From Peptococcaceae bacterium (GTDB lineage Bacteria; Bacillota; Dehalobacteriia; UBA4068; JAAVYR01): DNA of 64,000 bases. Both the position numbers and the translations under genes were made by a program. Shown here piece by piece: positions 1 to 9,171 of this stretch. Every line of letters starts with the position of its first letter. Within the stretch, counting starts at the first letter, position 1. The stretch covers positions 64,497 to 128,496 of the forward strand of contig JAAVYR010000016.1 in NCBI GenBank assembly GCA_022791255.1. Direction: 5' to 3'. The notes below the pieces were generated by a model that saw only the letters and a program-made list of their open reading frames with translations, was not told the DNA's origin and searched no databases.

Positions 1-62
1 TAAAAAATACGCTATTACGAATACAACTGTAAGGAACATAGCATTTTAAGAGGTAAAACCAT

Positions 63-236
63 ATGAACAATTTTATTCCCAAACAACCGAAATCCGAACC
101 ATTTACCATTCGAATTGACAAGAAGAAAATGGCAGAACTGCAGAAACTAGCAACCAGTCACCATCTAAGCTGCAGCGCTTTCATTAACCAGTGCATAGAC
201 TTCGCCTTAGCCCATCTTTCCACCCCAAAAGAATGA
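63..236 (+). CDS. small ribbon-helix-helix (CopG/MobC-like) DNA-binding protein, 57 aa; not in the supplied ORF track because it is under 60 aa
   Basis: AAGAGG ribosome-binding site 10 nt upstream of the ATG at 63. The 57-aa product MNNFIPKQPKSEPFTIRIDKKKMAELQKLATSHHLSCSAFINQCIDFALAHL has the beta-strand/helix pattern (TIRIDK...SxSxFIxQxI) typical of RHH antitoxin/relaxosome accessory proteins. Confidence 0.4.
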   Translation: MNNFIPKQPKSEPFTIRIDKKKMAELQKLATSHHLSCSAFINQCIDFALAHLSTPKE

Positions 237-248
237 CTACCAGCCCGA

Positions 249-1859
249 TTACGCCTGATTTGCCTTAAATTCCAGGTATTCTTCGTAAGTGCCGATACGG
301 TCAATGATGCCGTCGGGATTTAGCTCGATGATGCGGTTGGCCACCGTTTCGATAAATTCATGGTCGTGAGAGGTGAAGAGAATGTTGCTCTTAAACTCCA
401 TCAGCCCTTTGTTTACCGCCGTGATAGACTCCAAGTCCAGGTGATTGGTAGGCTGGTCTAAGATGAGCACATTAGAGCCAAACATCATCATCCGGGAGAG
501 CATGCAGCGCACCTTTTCCCCACCGGAGAGCACATTGACAGGCTTGAAGATGTCTTCCCCAGAGAAGAGCATTCTGCCCATGAAGCCGCGAAGATATGTC
601 TCCGTCTGGTCTTTAGAGTATTGCCGCATCCAGTCTAGGATAGTCAAATCACAGCCGTCGAAGTAGGCAGAGTTGTCATTTGGGAAGTAGGACCGACTGG
701 TGCTGACGCCCCATTTGAAGGTGCCAGCGTCCGGTTCCATCTCTTCCATAAGGATTTTAAATAATGTGGTATTGGCGATTTCGTTTTCGCCAACAAAGGC
801 AATCTTATCGCCTCTGTTTACCGTGAAGGACACATTATCCAGCACCTTCACACCGTCAATGGTTTTGGTTAAACCCTCTACAGTGAGGATATCTTTCCCC
901 ACTTCCCGGTCCATCTGGAAGCCGACAAAAGGATAACGACGGCTGGAAGCAGGCATTTCTTCGATGGTCAGCTTATCCAGGAGCTTTCTGCGGCTGGTAG
1001 CCTGTTTGGATTTAGATTTATTGGCAGAGAAGCGGGCGATAAAGGTTTGCAGCTCTTTAGCCCGTTCTTCCGCTTTTTTATTTTGCTGTTTGAGCATGGC
1101 CTGCATCATTTGGCTGGACTCATACCAGAACTCATAGTTGCCCACATACATTTTAATCTTGGTATAGTCGATATCCACGATATGGGTGCAGACAGTATTT
1201 AAGAAGTGACGGTCGTGAGAGACCACTATAACCGTACCTTCATAGTCCAGAAGAAAGTCTTCCAGCCAGTTAATAGAAGCGATATCCAAGTGGTTGGTAG
1301 GTTCGTCCAAGAGCAAGATTTCTGGGTTACCGAATAAAGCTTGGGCCAATAAAATCTTTACCTTTTCTTTCCCGGTAAGAGAACTCATTTTTTCATAGAG
1401 GAGAGACTCTGGAAGTCCCAGCCCTTGGATGAGACGAGAAGCATTAGACTCCGCTTCCCAGCCGTCAAGTTCTGCAAATTCCCCTTCCAGTTCCGCCACA
1501 CGCAGACCGTCTTCATCAGAAAAGTCCGGCTTTTCATAGATGGCGTCCTTTTCCTTCATGATGTCATAGAGTTTCTTATTGCCCATAATGATGGTATCCA
1601 GGACGGTATACTCTTCATAGGCGTAGTGGTCTTGCTTGAGGACAGACATCCGTTCATCATCCGGGATGATGACTTCCCCGGTAGAAGTCTCCAGCTCTCC
1701 GCAGAGAATTTTGAGAAAAGTGGACTTCCCAGCACCATTGGCGCCGATGACCCCATAGCAGTTACCAGAGATAAACTTTAAATTTACATCAGAAAATAAA
1801 TTGGTACCATTAAAATTCAAACTCACATTGGAAACAATAATCATATTTGCCTCCCGCAT
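249..1859 (-). CDS. ABC-F family ATPase (two tandem ABC domains, no transmembrane domain)
   Basis: Two Walker A motifs (GANGAGKST, GENEIANTT-like), two ABC signature motifs (LSGGEK) and Walker B (LLLDEPTNHLD, LILDQPTNHLD). A short Lys/Arg-rich inter-domain linker suggests a housekeeping EttA/YdiF-type rather than an ARE-type protein. The real start is possibly at the MIIVSN Met. Confidence 0.85.
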   Translation of the reverse strand: MREANMIIVSNVSLNFNGTNLFSDVNLKFISGNCYGVIGANGAGKSTFLKILCGELETSTGEVIIPDDERMSVLKQDHYAYEEYTVLDTIIMGNKKLYDIMKEKDAIYEKPDFSDEDGLRVAELEGEFAELDGWEAESNASRLIQGLGLPESLLYEKMSSLTGKEKVKILLAQALFGNPEILLLDEPTNHLDIASINWLEDFLLDYEGTVIVVSHDRHFLNTVCTHIVDIDYTKIKMYVGNYEFWYESSQMMQAMLKQQNKKAEERAKELQTFIARFSANKSKSKQATSRRKLLDKLTIEEMPASSRRYPFVGFQMDREVGKDILTVEGLTKTIDGVKVLDNVSFTVNRGDKIAFVGENEIANTTLFKILMEEMEPDAGTFKWGVSTSRSYFPNDNSAYFDGCDLTILDWMRQYSKDQTETYLRGFMGRMLFSGEDIFKPVNVLSGGEKVRCMLSRMMMFGSNVLILDQPTNHLDLESITAVNKGLMEFKSNILFTSHDHEFIETVANRIIELNPDGIIDRIGTYEEYLEFKANQA

Positions 1860-1940
1860 CTTTTCTATTTTTCACCCTTGCGGGTTATCATCTTATAACA
1901 TAAAAGTTTATCATACCTACCTGGAAAAATCCAGTCTGGA

Positions 1941-2714
1941 TTATTCTGTTTTCCGCCGCGCCACCACCACAAAACGGCCATCGTCCGTATGGTAGCTGCA
2001 GGTAGATAGGGTCAAAATCTGGTCTCCATAGACAGCCGTAACACCGGTATCGTAGAGAGAGGCCGCCTTTACCTGGCGTATATACTGATTAAATTTCTGC
2101 TCATTGGTCAAGTCTGCATAGCGATAGTAACGAAATACCCCTTCATCAGCATCTGTATACACACGGCTATAAAAGGCGCCTATTACCTCATATTCACCAG
2201 CAGAAGCCACTGTATAAAAGGAGATAAGGGGATGCTCCTGCCAATAGCTTTTCTTAGCATAAGGCATAAGCGCACCAAACATGGTCCCATTTTTCATATT
2301 ATGACCATAGATGACCACATGACTGCTGTCCGGCGAAGAACCCTCACCGATAAATAGGCAGCCGCTGGCAGCATAGGCTTTATCAAAACCACGGTGGAGA
2401 TAATATTCTGGGTCATCAGGCGTATACATAACGGGATAACTTAAATCTGTTCCCGCTACAGATAACCAACCGGCAAAATCAGGATTTTGCCCAGCCAAAA
2501 GCTTTAAGGCTGATATAGGCTCTCGTTGGCGCACCAAAGCTGCCAAACGGTCATTGGCCTGCTTTTCCTTCTGTTCTACAGAGAGCTGCTTTACCAACAC
2601 CGCTCCAGAACCAAGAAAGACTGCGCCGCACAAAGTAAGGAGCAACACCCATACCAACGGCCTTTTACTTTTATGCTGTTTTTTATCTTCTATCTGCTCA
2701 GACATTACCACCAT
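1941..2714 (-). CDS. srtB: class B sortase (transpeptidase) with an N-terminal membrane anchor
   Basis: N-terminal transmembrane segment, catalytic His (IYGHN), TLSTC active-site Cys motif and downstream Arg (RFVVVARR). Confidence 0.7.
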   Translation of the reverse strand: MVVMSEQIEDKKQHKSKRPLVWVLLLTLCGAVFLGSGAVLVKQLSVEQKEKQANDRLAALVRQREPISALKLLAGQNPDFAGWLSVAGTDLSYPVMYTPDDPEYYLHRGFDKAYAASGCLFIGEGSSPDSSHVVIYGHNMKNGTMFGALMPYAKKSYWQEHPLISFYTVASAGEYEVIGAFYSRVYTDADEGVFRYYRYADLTNEQKFNQYIRQVKAASLYDTGVTAVYGDQILTLSTCSYHTDDGRFVVVARRKTE

Positions 2715-2741
2715 GCCTCTTTACTTCAGATTATATTGCCA

Positions 2742-4109
2742 CTAGATAAGCCCCAACGACTTGAAACTTTGATAAACATCCCGGACAGCTACAGCGTCTA
2801 GGGGCAGCTGCTTTTTCCCCACGCTGCTGCTCTGGGAATAAACGCATTTATTAAAGGCAAATTTCGCCGCTTCCTTCATCCGCCGCTCGGGCTGGGATAC
2901 CGCTCTCGCTTCCCCTACTAAGCCGATTTCCCCCATAATGATGGTGTGCTTATCAATGGGTCGGTCCCGGAAGCTAGAGGCAATAGCAGCCGCCACTGCT
3001 AAGTCCACAGCAGGGTCGTCTACTCTGAGCCCCCCTGCCATATTTACATAAACATCCTGCCCAGAGAGGGCCAACCCCAGCTTCTTCTCTAGCACTGCCA
3101 GAATAATCGCTAGTCGATTATAATCAATGCCTACCCCCAGACGACGCGGATTACCAAAGAAAGTCGGCGTTGTTAGGGCCTGTACTTCCAGGAGGATGGG
3201 ACGCGTCCCCTGCATCACACAAGTTACCGTTGTCCCGCAAGCCTGCTCTGGCCGCTGAGAAAGGAATACACTAGACGGGTCGGAAAAATGCTGCAAGCCA
3301 TCCTCCTGCATTTCAAAGACACCGATTTCATTGGTAGAGCCAAAACGGTTTTTCACCGCGCGGAGCAAACGGAAGCTCTGGTACCGCTCCCCTTCAAAGT
3401 AAAGCACCGTATCCACCATGTGCTCCAGCAGTCGAGGCCCCGCTAAGGTCCCTTCTTTGGTTACATGGCCCACGATAATCACCGGAATATTATTTTCTTT
3501 TGCATATTGCATCAGCGTGTGGGTAATGGCCCGCACCTGAGTAATGCTGCCTGGCACCGACGGCAAATCGGGTAAAAATACCGACTGGATAGAGTCTAAG
3601 ATTAAGAGCTTATGAGGAGCAGTCCTAGCCTCTATCATTACATTATCCATATTGTTTTCATTGAGCAAAAGCACCTGGGGAATGAGAGCCCCCAAGCGTT
3701 CTGCCCGCATTCTTACCTGATGAGCAGACTCTTCCCCCGAGACATAAAGCACATCACCGTACTTTTGTCCCATAACAGCCGCTACCTGCAAAAGCAAGGT
3801 AGATTTCCCAATGCCCGGTTCCCCGCCTAGGAGCACCAAAGACCCTGGCACCAGCCCCCCGCCTAGTACAGTGTCTAATTCCGGCATATCTAAGATAAAC
3901 CGCTCTACATCTTGATTAGGCACAGTGGGAATGGGCATGGGCTTATTACCAGTACTGACCATGGCGATACGCTTATTAACAGGCGGCTGGTCACCAGTGG
4001 TCTCCGCTACCATCGTATTCCAACTACCACAACCAGGGCATTTTCCCATCCAGCCAGAGCTAGTAGTACCACACTCACTACACACATATACATATTTGGT
4101 TTTTGCCAT
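2742..4109 (-). CDS. radA: DNA repair protein RadA/Sms
   Basis: N-terminal C4 zinc finger (CSECGTTSSGWMGKCPGCGSWN), RecA-like Walker A (GEPGIGKST), KNRFG motif and a C-terminal Lon-protease-like domain. Confidence 0.9.
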   Translation of the reverse strand: MAKTKYVYVCSECGTTSSGWMGKCPGCGSWNTMVAETTGDQPPVNKRIAMVSTGNKPMPIPTVPNQDVERFILDMPELDTVLGGGLVPGSLVLLGGEPGIGKSTLLLQVAAVMGQKYGDVLYVSGEESAHQVRMRAERLGALIPQVLLLNENNMDNVMIEARTAPHKLLILDSIQSVFLPDLPSVPGSITQVRAITHTLMQYAKENNIPVIIVGHVTKEGTLAGPRLLEHMVDTVLYFEGERYQSFRLLRAVKNRFGSTNEIGVFEMQEDGLQHFSDPSSVFLSQRPEQACGTTVTCVMQGTRPILLEVQALTTPTFFGNPRRLGVGIDYNRLAIILAVLEKKLGLALSGQDVYVNMAGGLRVDDPAVDLAVAAAIASSFRDRPIDKHTIIMGEIGLVGEARAVSQPERRMKEAAKFAFNKCVYSQSSSVGKKQLPLDAVAVRDVYQSFKSLGLI

Positions 4110-4173
4110 TTTTTCTCTCCCTACTTAAAATCTATAAACAATATCTACTATCCACTATCTACTAATAAGCGCC

Positions 4174-4521
4174 TTATTGCGGCATTTGCTTTTGCCTGGT
4201 ATAAAAGGGCTGCCGACCAGACACTACTGTTTTACCAAATGCCGTATGCAGTCCCACAATATCTAACGGCGCAGCTGCCTGCACCTCTTGACAAATCTTC
4301 CCGATGGTAGCAAAATATTGCGAAACGTCCGTTACACAGTCTAATACCAAAAGATAGCTGCCCTTGCCATCCTGTTCCATCCAAAGCAAGTAGGCACTGT
4401 CTACTGCAAGTATTGACGCCAAATAGTCTTTTAGTGCAGCCATCAAGGGTAATCCATGATTTCCCGGTTCACCTATCTGCACCGTGGTTCCTTGGGGCAA
4501 TACATATATTTCTTCTTTCAT
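4174..4521 (-). CDS. hypothetical protein (115 aa)
   Basis: ORF with consistent codon usage between radA and apgM. No recognisable motif. Confidence 0.4.
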   Translation of the reverse strand: MKEEIYVLPQGTTVQIGEPGNHGLPLMAALKDYLASILAVDSAYLLWMEQDGKGSYLLVLDCVTDVSQYFATIGKICQEVQAAAPLDIVGLHTAFGKTVVSGRQPFYTRQKQMPQ

Positions 4522-4537
4522 TGTCCTACGCCTTTCC

Positions 4538-5779
4538 TTATTTGCAAATACTTAAAAACTCCTGTAACAATGCTGGACCGTTAGGTAAAGAATAACCGCT
4601 TTCCCGCGCTGCGTCTTCTGTAAACACCCTTTTCCCTTGTCCACTATCTCCCATACTATCTCCCATGGTAGAACGATAATAGACAAAGGGGATAGGCTCT
4701 GCCGTATGGGTACGGATGGCCACCGGCGTCGGATGGTCTGGTAAGACTAAGATGGAGAAATCCTCGCCTAACTCCCGCAACCCTTCTAGAACCGGACCAA
4801 CGACCTGCTCATCAATGGTAGCAATGGAATTTATCTTTGCCTGAGCGTCCCCTTTATGTCCGCACTCGTCAGGCGACTCGATATGAACAAAGACGAAGTC
4901 TTTCCCATTTGCAAGAGCTGCCAGCGCTGCCTGACCTTTCCCATGAAAATTGGTATGGATAGCACCAGTAGCGCCAGCTACTGCAATATGTTCCATGCCA
5001 GCGCAAAGAGCAATGCCGCGGATTAAGTCCACAGCGCAGACCACAGCCCCCTCCAGGCCATAGAGTGCACGGAAAGGCGTCAAGTTTGGTTTCCGCCCTT
5101 CCCCCCAAAACCAGCAAGAATTAGCCGGTCTTAGTCCCCGGGCCATTCTTTCTTGGTTCACAGGATGGTCCTTGAGGATTTCATAAGAAGCCTTCATCAA
5201 CTCCGTCAGCTGAACACCATAAGTCCCTTGAGGTAAATACGCTCCAATGGTCTTCCCTAAAATATCATGAGGCGGCGTGCAAAGAGAGCCAAGCTCTCCT
5301 TTTTCTTTTAGGAAACAGTGACGGTAGCTCACGCCCAGATGCAGTGTATCCCCCGCTCCTGTCAAAAGAGGACGCACTGCAGCCAAAAGCTGAGCTGCTT
5401 CTTCTGTAGTAATTTCATCAGAGCTATGGTCTAAGATGGTACGCGCCTCATAAGGAATATCCCCCTCTGCCGGGTCTAACGTCACCAGATTACAGCGAAA
5501 GGAGACTCCTTGCGGTGACATATCAATGCCCATGCTCACAGCTTCCAACGGAGAACGGCCGCTATAAAACGCTAGCGGATCGTAACCTAATACAGAAAGA
5601 TTTGCCACATCACTACCAGGGCTCATGCCGGCAGGTACTGTTTTTACCATACCCATTTTGCCATGGGTAGCCAGCCAATCCATATGCGGGGTAAAGCTTA
5701 CTGCCAGGGGCGTTCTATCCCCCAGTTCCGGAATATTCCAATCTGCCATGCCATCGCAGAGAATTACCATATATTTCAT
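4538..5779 (-). CDS. apgM: cofactor-independent phosphoglycerate mutase, archaeal type
   Basis: MKYMVILCDGMADW N-terminus and the metalloenzyme-superfamily architecture typical of the ApgM family. Length 413 aa. Confidence 0.8.
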   Translation of the reverse strand: MKYMVILCDGMADWNIPELGDRTPLAVSFTPHMDWLATHGKMGMVKTVPAGMSPGSDVANLSVLGYDPLAFYSGRSPLEAVSMGIDMSPQGVSFRCNLVTLDPAEGDIPYEARTILDHSSDEITTEEAAQLLAAVRPLLTGAGDTLHLGVSYRHCFLKEKGELGSLCTPPHDILGKTIGAYLPQGTYGVQLTELMKASYEILKDHPVNQERMARGLRPANSCWFWGEGRKPNLTPFRALYGLEGAVVCAVDLIRGIALCAGMEHIAVAGATGAIHTNFHGKGQAALAALANGKDFVFVHIESPDECGHKGDAQAKINSIATIDEQVVGPVLEGLRELGEDFSILVLPDHPTPVAIRTHTAEPIPFVYYRSTMGDSMGDSGQGKRVFTEDAARESGYSLPNGPALLQEFLSICK

Positions 5780-5865
5780 CCCATTTGCCTCCTCAGCTTG
5801 ATTAGTTTCATTCTATCATATCTTCTATGTCATCACAATAAGCCTTCCTGGATATTGCTCCATAT

Positions 5866-5985
5866 TACAAAAGCATTACTTACTACTACCGACAATTACC
5901 ATCCCCTCTGTCAGAAGTACTCAGTATATCTCTCGTACATCGTGGCACCATATGTCATCCTGAGGAACACCGTGACAAAGGATCT
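5866..5985. repeat. dispersed intergenic repeat, copy 1: TACTACCGACAATTAC...GTCAGAAGTACTCAGTAT...CGTGGCA module plus GTCATCCTGAGG...AAGGATC hairpin module
   Basis: Direct sequence similarity to copies at 25885-26000, 50258-50350, 50928-51185 and 23090-23135. Confidence 0.6.
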
Positions 5986-6016
5986 AATACTGCACCCACT
6001 TTTCCTGAAAGATATC

Positions 6017-6045
6017 TTGACAAAGAAAGAAAGATTTGTTATAGT
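6017..6045 (+). promoter_or_regulatory. sigma-A promoter for the tRNA-Ser pair
   Basis: TTGACA (6017-6022), 17-nt spacer, TATAGT (6040-6045), about 37 nt upstream of the first tRNA. Confidence 0.5.
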
Positions 6046-6082
6046 AAATCGTAACCCCTAAATAGACGCGGGTCTCTTGTAT

Positions 6083-6172
6083 GGAGGGGTGTCCGAGCGG
6101 TTTAAGGAGGCGGTCTTGAAAACCGTTGAGTCTGAGAGGGCTCCGTGGGTTCGAATCCCACCTCCTCCGCCA
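6083..6172 (+). tRNA. tRNA-Ser (anticodon TGA), class II with a long variable arm, CCA encoded
   Basis: GGAGGGGTGTCCGAGCGG...GGTTCGAATCCCACCTCCTCCGCCA. Anticodon loop is CTTGAAA. Confidence 0.85.
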
Positions 6173-6194
6173 AATAGTTTCACAGTTTGATTAT

Positions 6195-6287
6195 GGAGAG
6201 TTGGCCGAGTCGGTCGAAGGCGCTCGCCTGCTAAGCGAGTATACGGGTAACACTGTATCGAGGGTTCGAATCCCTTGCTCTCCGCCA
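6195..6287 (+). tRNA. tRNA-Ser (anticodon GCT), class II, CCA encoded
   Basis: GGAGAGTTGGCCGAGTCGG...GGTTCGAATCCCTTGCTCTCCGCCA. Anticodon loop is CTGCTAA. Confidence 0.85.
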
Positions 6288-6288
6288 A

Positions 6289-6318
6289 AATCCCGAAGGC
6301 ATTCCCTTCGGGATTTTA
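6289..6318 (+). terminator. rho-independent terminator after the tRNA-Ser pair
   Basis: AATCCCGAAGG-cattc-CCTTCGGGATTTT hairpin plus a T-tract. Confidence 0.5.
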
Positions 6319-6361
6319 CTTTATCCAACTATTATCAAATATCAAACAAGGAGTTGTTACC

Positions 6362-6625
6362 ATGGAATACACCTACTACCCCAAAAATATCTGCGCCAAA
6401 GAAATCACTTTCCACATAGAAGGAAATGTAGTTACCAATATCCAGTTTGTAGGAGGCTGCAACGGCAACCTTAAAGCCATCGCAAAGCTAGTCGATGGCT
6501 GGACGGTAGAAGACATCACAGCAAAACTTGCCGGTAACACTTGCGGGTACAAATCGACTTCCTGCGCTGACCAGCTAACCATCGCCGTACAAGAAGCATA
6601 TCATACAGAAAATAAAGCCAGCTAA
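6362..6625 (+). CDS. TSCPD-domain protein (TIGR03905-like, four conserved Cys)
   Basis: MEYTYYPKNICAKEITFHIEGNVVTNIQFVGGCNGNLKAIAKLVDGW...TSCADQL. The start is chosen at the ATG at 6362 rather than the longer ORF-track start. Confidence 0.6.
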   Translation: MEYTYYPKNICAKEITFHIEGNVVTNIQFVGGCNGNLKAIAKLVDGWTVEDITAKLAGNTCGYKSTSCADQLTIAVQEAYHTENKAS

Positions 6626-6640
6626 TATAATAAAAACAAA

Positions 6641-6678
6641 AAAGAGAACCAAGATCTTTTGCTTGGTTCTCTTTTTAT
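6641..6678. terminator. bidirectional terminator between the TSCPD gene and the ECF S-component gene
   Basis: AAAGAGAACCAAG-atcttttg-CTTGGTTCTCTTTTT perfect hairpin flanked by A/T tracts on both strands. Confidence 0.5.
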
Positions 6679-7373
6679 ATCCGGTATTGCTTTTTTGCCC
6701 GCAGGAGCAGTTTCTGCCAGCGCTCCCCCTGCCAATAAAGAAAGATGCTGTTGCTTAGGCCATGGGCCAAATCAAAATAAATGCTGGTAGCACAAGCCGT
6801 CACCAGTGCTCCCCAAGAAAAAGACGGCATGAAGGTAAGCACACTCCAGACATTCATGCCTACACCAAATAGGAGCCCGCTAACAAATCCCCAGCTAACC
6901 AATAGCATACGATGAGAAGCAAGATAGGCCCCCAACACCCCGCTAAAGAGACCCATCCCCCCCCAAGCTGCCATCTGCCACAGGCTCCAGGGTCCATGCC
7001 CCAAAAGAAGGTTAGAAGAAAAAGCCGCCCCTACCCCTACCATGAAACCAAACCGCCCGCCAAAAACCATACCGCAGATAATCACGATAAAAGAAGTAGG
7101 CTGCACACTGGGAAGCCAGGCAAAGACCACCCTGCCCAAAGCCCCCATAACGATACATAAGGCCAAGAGAATAAGGGTTGCCGCACCATAGGTTTGCCCT
7201 TCAAACCAAAGCACACCAAAGAAAAGAAAGACAATCAGAGCAAGAAAACAAACTGCCGGACGAGAAATCATTTCCTGCAAATATCCTTGAGAAATCATCC
7301 CCAAAAGGCCCAGGAACAAAAGACCTAAAAGCAATAACACCATATGAATGCTTACTGATTTTCTTCTTGCCAT
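6675..7373 (-). CDS. ECF transporter substrate-specific (S) component; substrate unknown
   Basis: About 230 aa, 5-6 transmembrane helices, Gly-rich. It is the last gene of the operon with ecfT and a fused ecfA-ecfA'. Start placed at MARRKS (7373). Confidence 0.45.
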   Translation of the reverse strand: MARRKSVSIHMVLLLLGLLFLGLLGMISQGYLQEMISRPAVCFLALIVFLFFGVLWFEGQTYGAATLILLALCIVMGALGRVVFAWLPSVQPTSFIVIICGMVFGGRFGFMVGVGAAFSSNLLLGHGPWSLWQMAAWGGMGLFSGVLGAYLASHRMLLVSWGFVSGLLFGVGMNVWSVLTFMPSFSWGALVTACATSIYFDLAHGLSNSIFLYWQGERWQKLLLRAKKQYRI

Positions 7374-7458
7374 TTGTCCTGCGCCTCCTTTCTCCTCCTC
7401 AGGTATTTTCCTGTATATTGCCACCCGTTAGACACCTTGTTCCCGGAAACATCATGTT

Positions 7459-9171
7459 TTACTTTCGTACTTCGTGACAGGCTCCCCAGCTTTCAGGAAT
7501 ATTGTCCCCGTTGTACCAACCACATTCCCGAGCCAGCTCGCCAAAAAGCTTTCCCCCTACAGTGGTCTGCCAATACCTACCCAGGAAGAAATCTGCCCCT
7601 GACTGCACCTTTGATAAAGCGCCATGACAAAGAGTCGTAAAGCTGGTACCTACTGCCGCAGCAAACTCTAAATCATGCGTAGCTAGGATAAGGGCACTAT
7701 CCTTCTTGCCACAGAGGATTTCTTTAAGTGCCGCCTTATTTTCCTCATCCAGCCCCCGGGTAGGCTCGTCTAGGATATAGACCGCTGCCGGCCGCGCCAG
7801 CGCCATACAGAGTGCCACCCGCTGCTGCTGACCAGCACTTAATGTATATAAATCTTCCTGCAAAAAAGCCGCAACTCCCAGCTGTTCAAGGATTTGCCTA
7901 TATTCAGCATTTTCCTGGTAATGGGGGTCTAGGACCAAAAATTCCTGATGAGGCGTATCATAACGGAAATGATATTGACTGGTTTGAGAAAGATAACTGA
8001 TACCGTCTGCTTTCCCCTGGAGCTGCCACTTGCCTTGCAATGGCTTTAGGATGCCAGCCATTGTCTTTAGCAGGGTGGTCTTCCCCGCACCATTACTGCC
8101 ACAGATAACAAGCCGCTCTCCTTGATGGGCCTGGAGCGAAATCTGCCGCAAAATAATGTCTCTGCCACCAGGATAAGCAAAAGATATTTCCCTTCCCTGG
8201 AACACGATAGGCCCCAGCTTCTTTTCCGACAAAGAGACAACAGGCTCCTTGCCATCTGTATTGATTAGCGCTGTTATTTCCCAAGCTGCAAGCAACGATT
8301 TCCCCTCGGGGACCGTTAAAGGCAGATGGGATAAATCTTGCCCGCTTTTGGCAAAAATCTTACTGACAAGGGGCAAACCAAAATCATCTTGTTGCCGCCA
8401 ACTAAAGTTGACGAAGTCTCGCGGACTGCCCACAAAAGAGATTTTTCCCTGGTCTATCTTGATAACTTGGTCCGCAAGACTCCATAGGTCTTCTAACCGC
8501 TGTTCGCTTATGAGGATAGCCACTGCCGTTTCCCGCCGCAGCCGCTGGAGGATTTCCACCACGCGCCAGGTGCTTTCCGGGTCTAGTTGGGAAAAAGGCT
8601 CGTCCAACAACAACAGTTTGGGACGAAAACAAAGCAACGCACATAAATTTACCAGCTGTTTCTGTCCACCGGAAAGGTCTGCCGTTTTCCTAGACAAGAG
8701 ATGCTCCATCCCGCAAAAGCTCACAGTATCTGCAATCCTTGCTTGGATTTCCACTGCAGGTAAACCAAGGTTTTCCAAACCAAAAGCCAGCTCCTTATAG
8801 ACGGTGTCCATTACCAACTGAGCCTCAGGATTTTGGAAAAGGAAGCCAATCTCCGCCACAGCCTCTTGAGAAGAGAGCTTATCCATATCTTTTCCAAGGA
8901 AGGAAAGCTGCCCAGCCATTTCCCCTTGAGGCCGCAGGATAGGCTTCAAACAGCGCAAAAGCGTGGTCTTTCCGCTGCCGCTCCTGCCCAAAAGCAAGGT
9001 AACTTGTCCCGGATTTAATGTAAAGTCTGCTTGAGAAAGGACCGGACAAGACGCCTCTATATAAGAAAAAGAAAGACCCTGCGCCGTTAAAATAGTAGCG
9101 CCTGCTGTTATTTCATCGTCCCGCAATGGGGCATCCTGACTGGTATTATCTATTTGGTGTAGTTCCGCCAT
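7459..9171 (-). CDS. ecfA: ECF transporter duplicated ATPase (EcfA-EcfA' fusion)
   Basis: Two ABC ATPase domains (GRSGSGKTT and GSNGAGKTT Walker A; LSGGQKQ and LSAGQQQ signatures) and an FQNPEAQL Q-loop typical of EcfA/CbiO. Start placed at MAELHQ (9171), 22 nt into the end of the upstream gene. The 62-aa N-terminal extension in the ORF track is rejected. Confidence 0.75.
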   Translation of the reverse strand: MAELHQIDNTSQDAPLRDDEITAGATILTAQGLSFSYIEASCPVLSQADFTLNPGQVTLLLGRSGSGKTTLLRCLKPILRPQGEMAGQLSFLGKDMDKLSSQEAVAEIGFLFQNPEAQLVMDTVYKELAFGLENLGLPAVEIQARIADTVSFCGMEHLLSRKTADLSGGQKQLVNLCALLCFRPKLLLLDEPFSQLDPESTWRVVEILQRLRRETAVAILISEQRLEDLWSLADQVIKIDQGKISFVGSPRDFVNFSWRQQDDFGLPLVSKIFAKSGQDLSHLPLTVPEGKSLLAAWEITALINTDGKEPVVSLSEKKLGPIVFQGREISFAYPGGRDIILRQISLQAHQGERLVICGSNGAGKTTLLKTMAGILKPLQGKWQLQGKADGISYLSQTSQYHFRYDTPHQEFLVLDPHYQENAEYRQILEQLGVAAFLQEDLYTLSAGQQQRVALCMALARPAAVYILDEPTRGLDEENKAALKEILCGKKDSALILATHDLEFAAAVGTSFTTLCHGALSKVQSGADFFLGRYWQTTVGGKLFGELARECGWYNGDNIPESWGACHEVRK

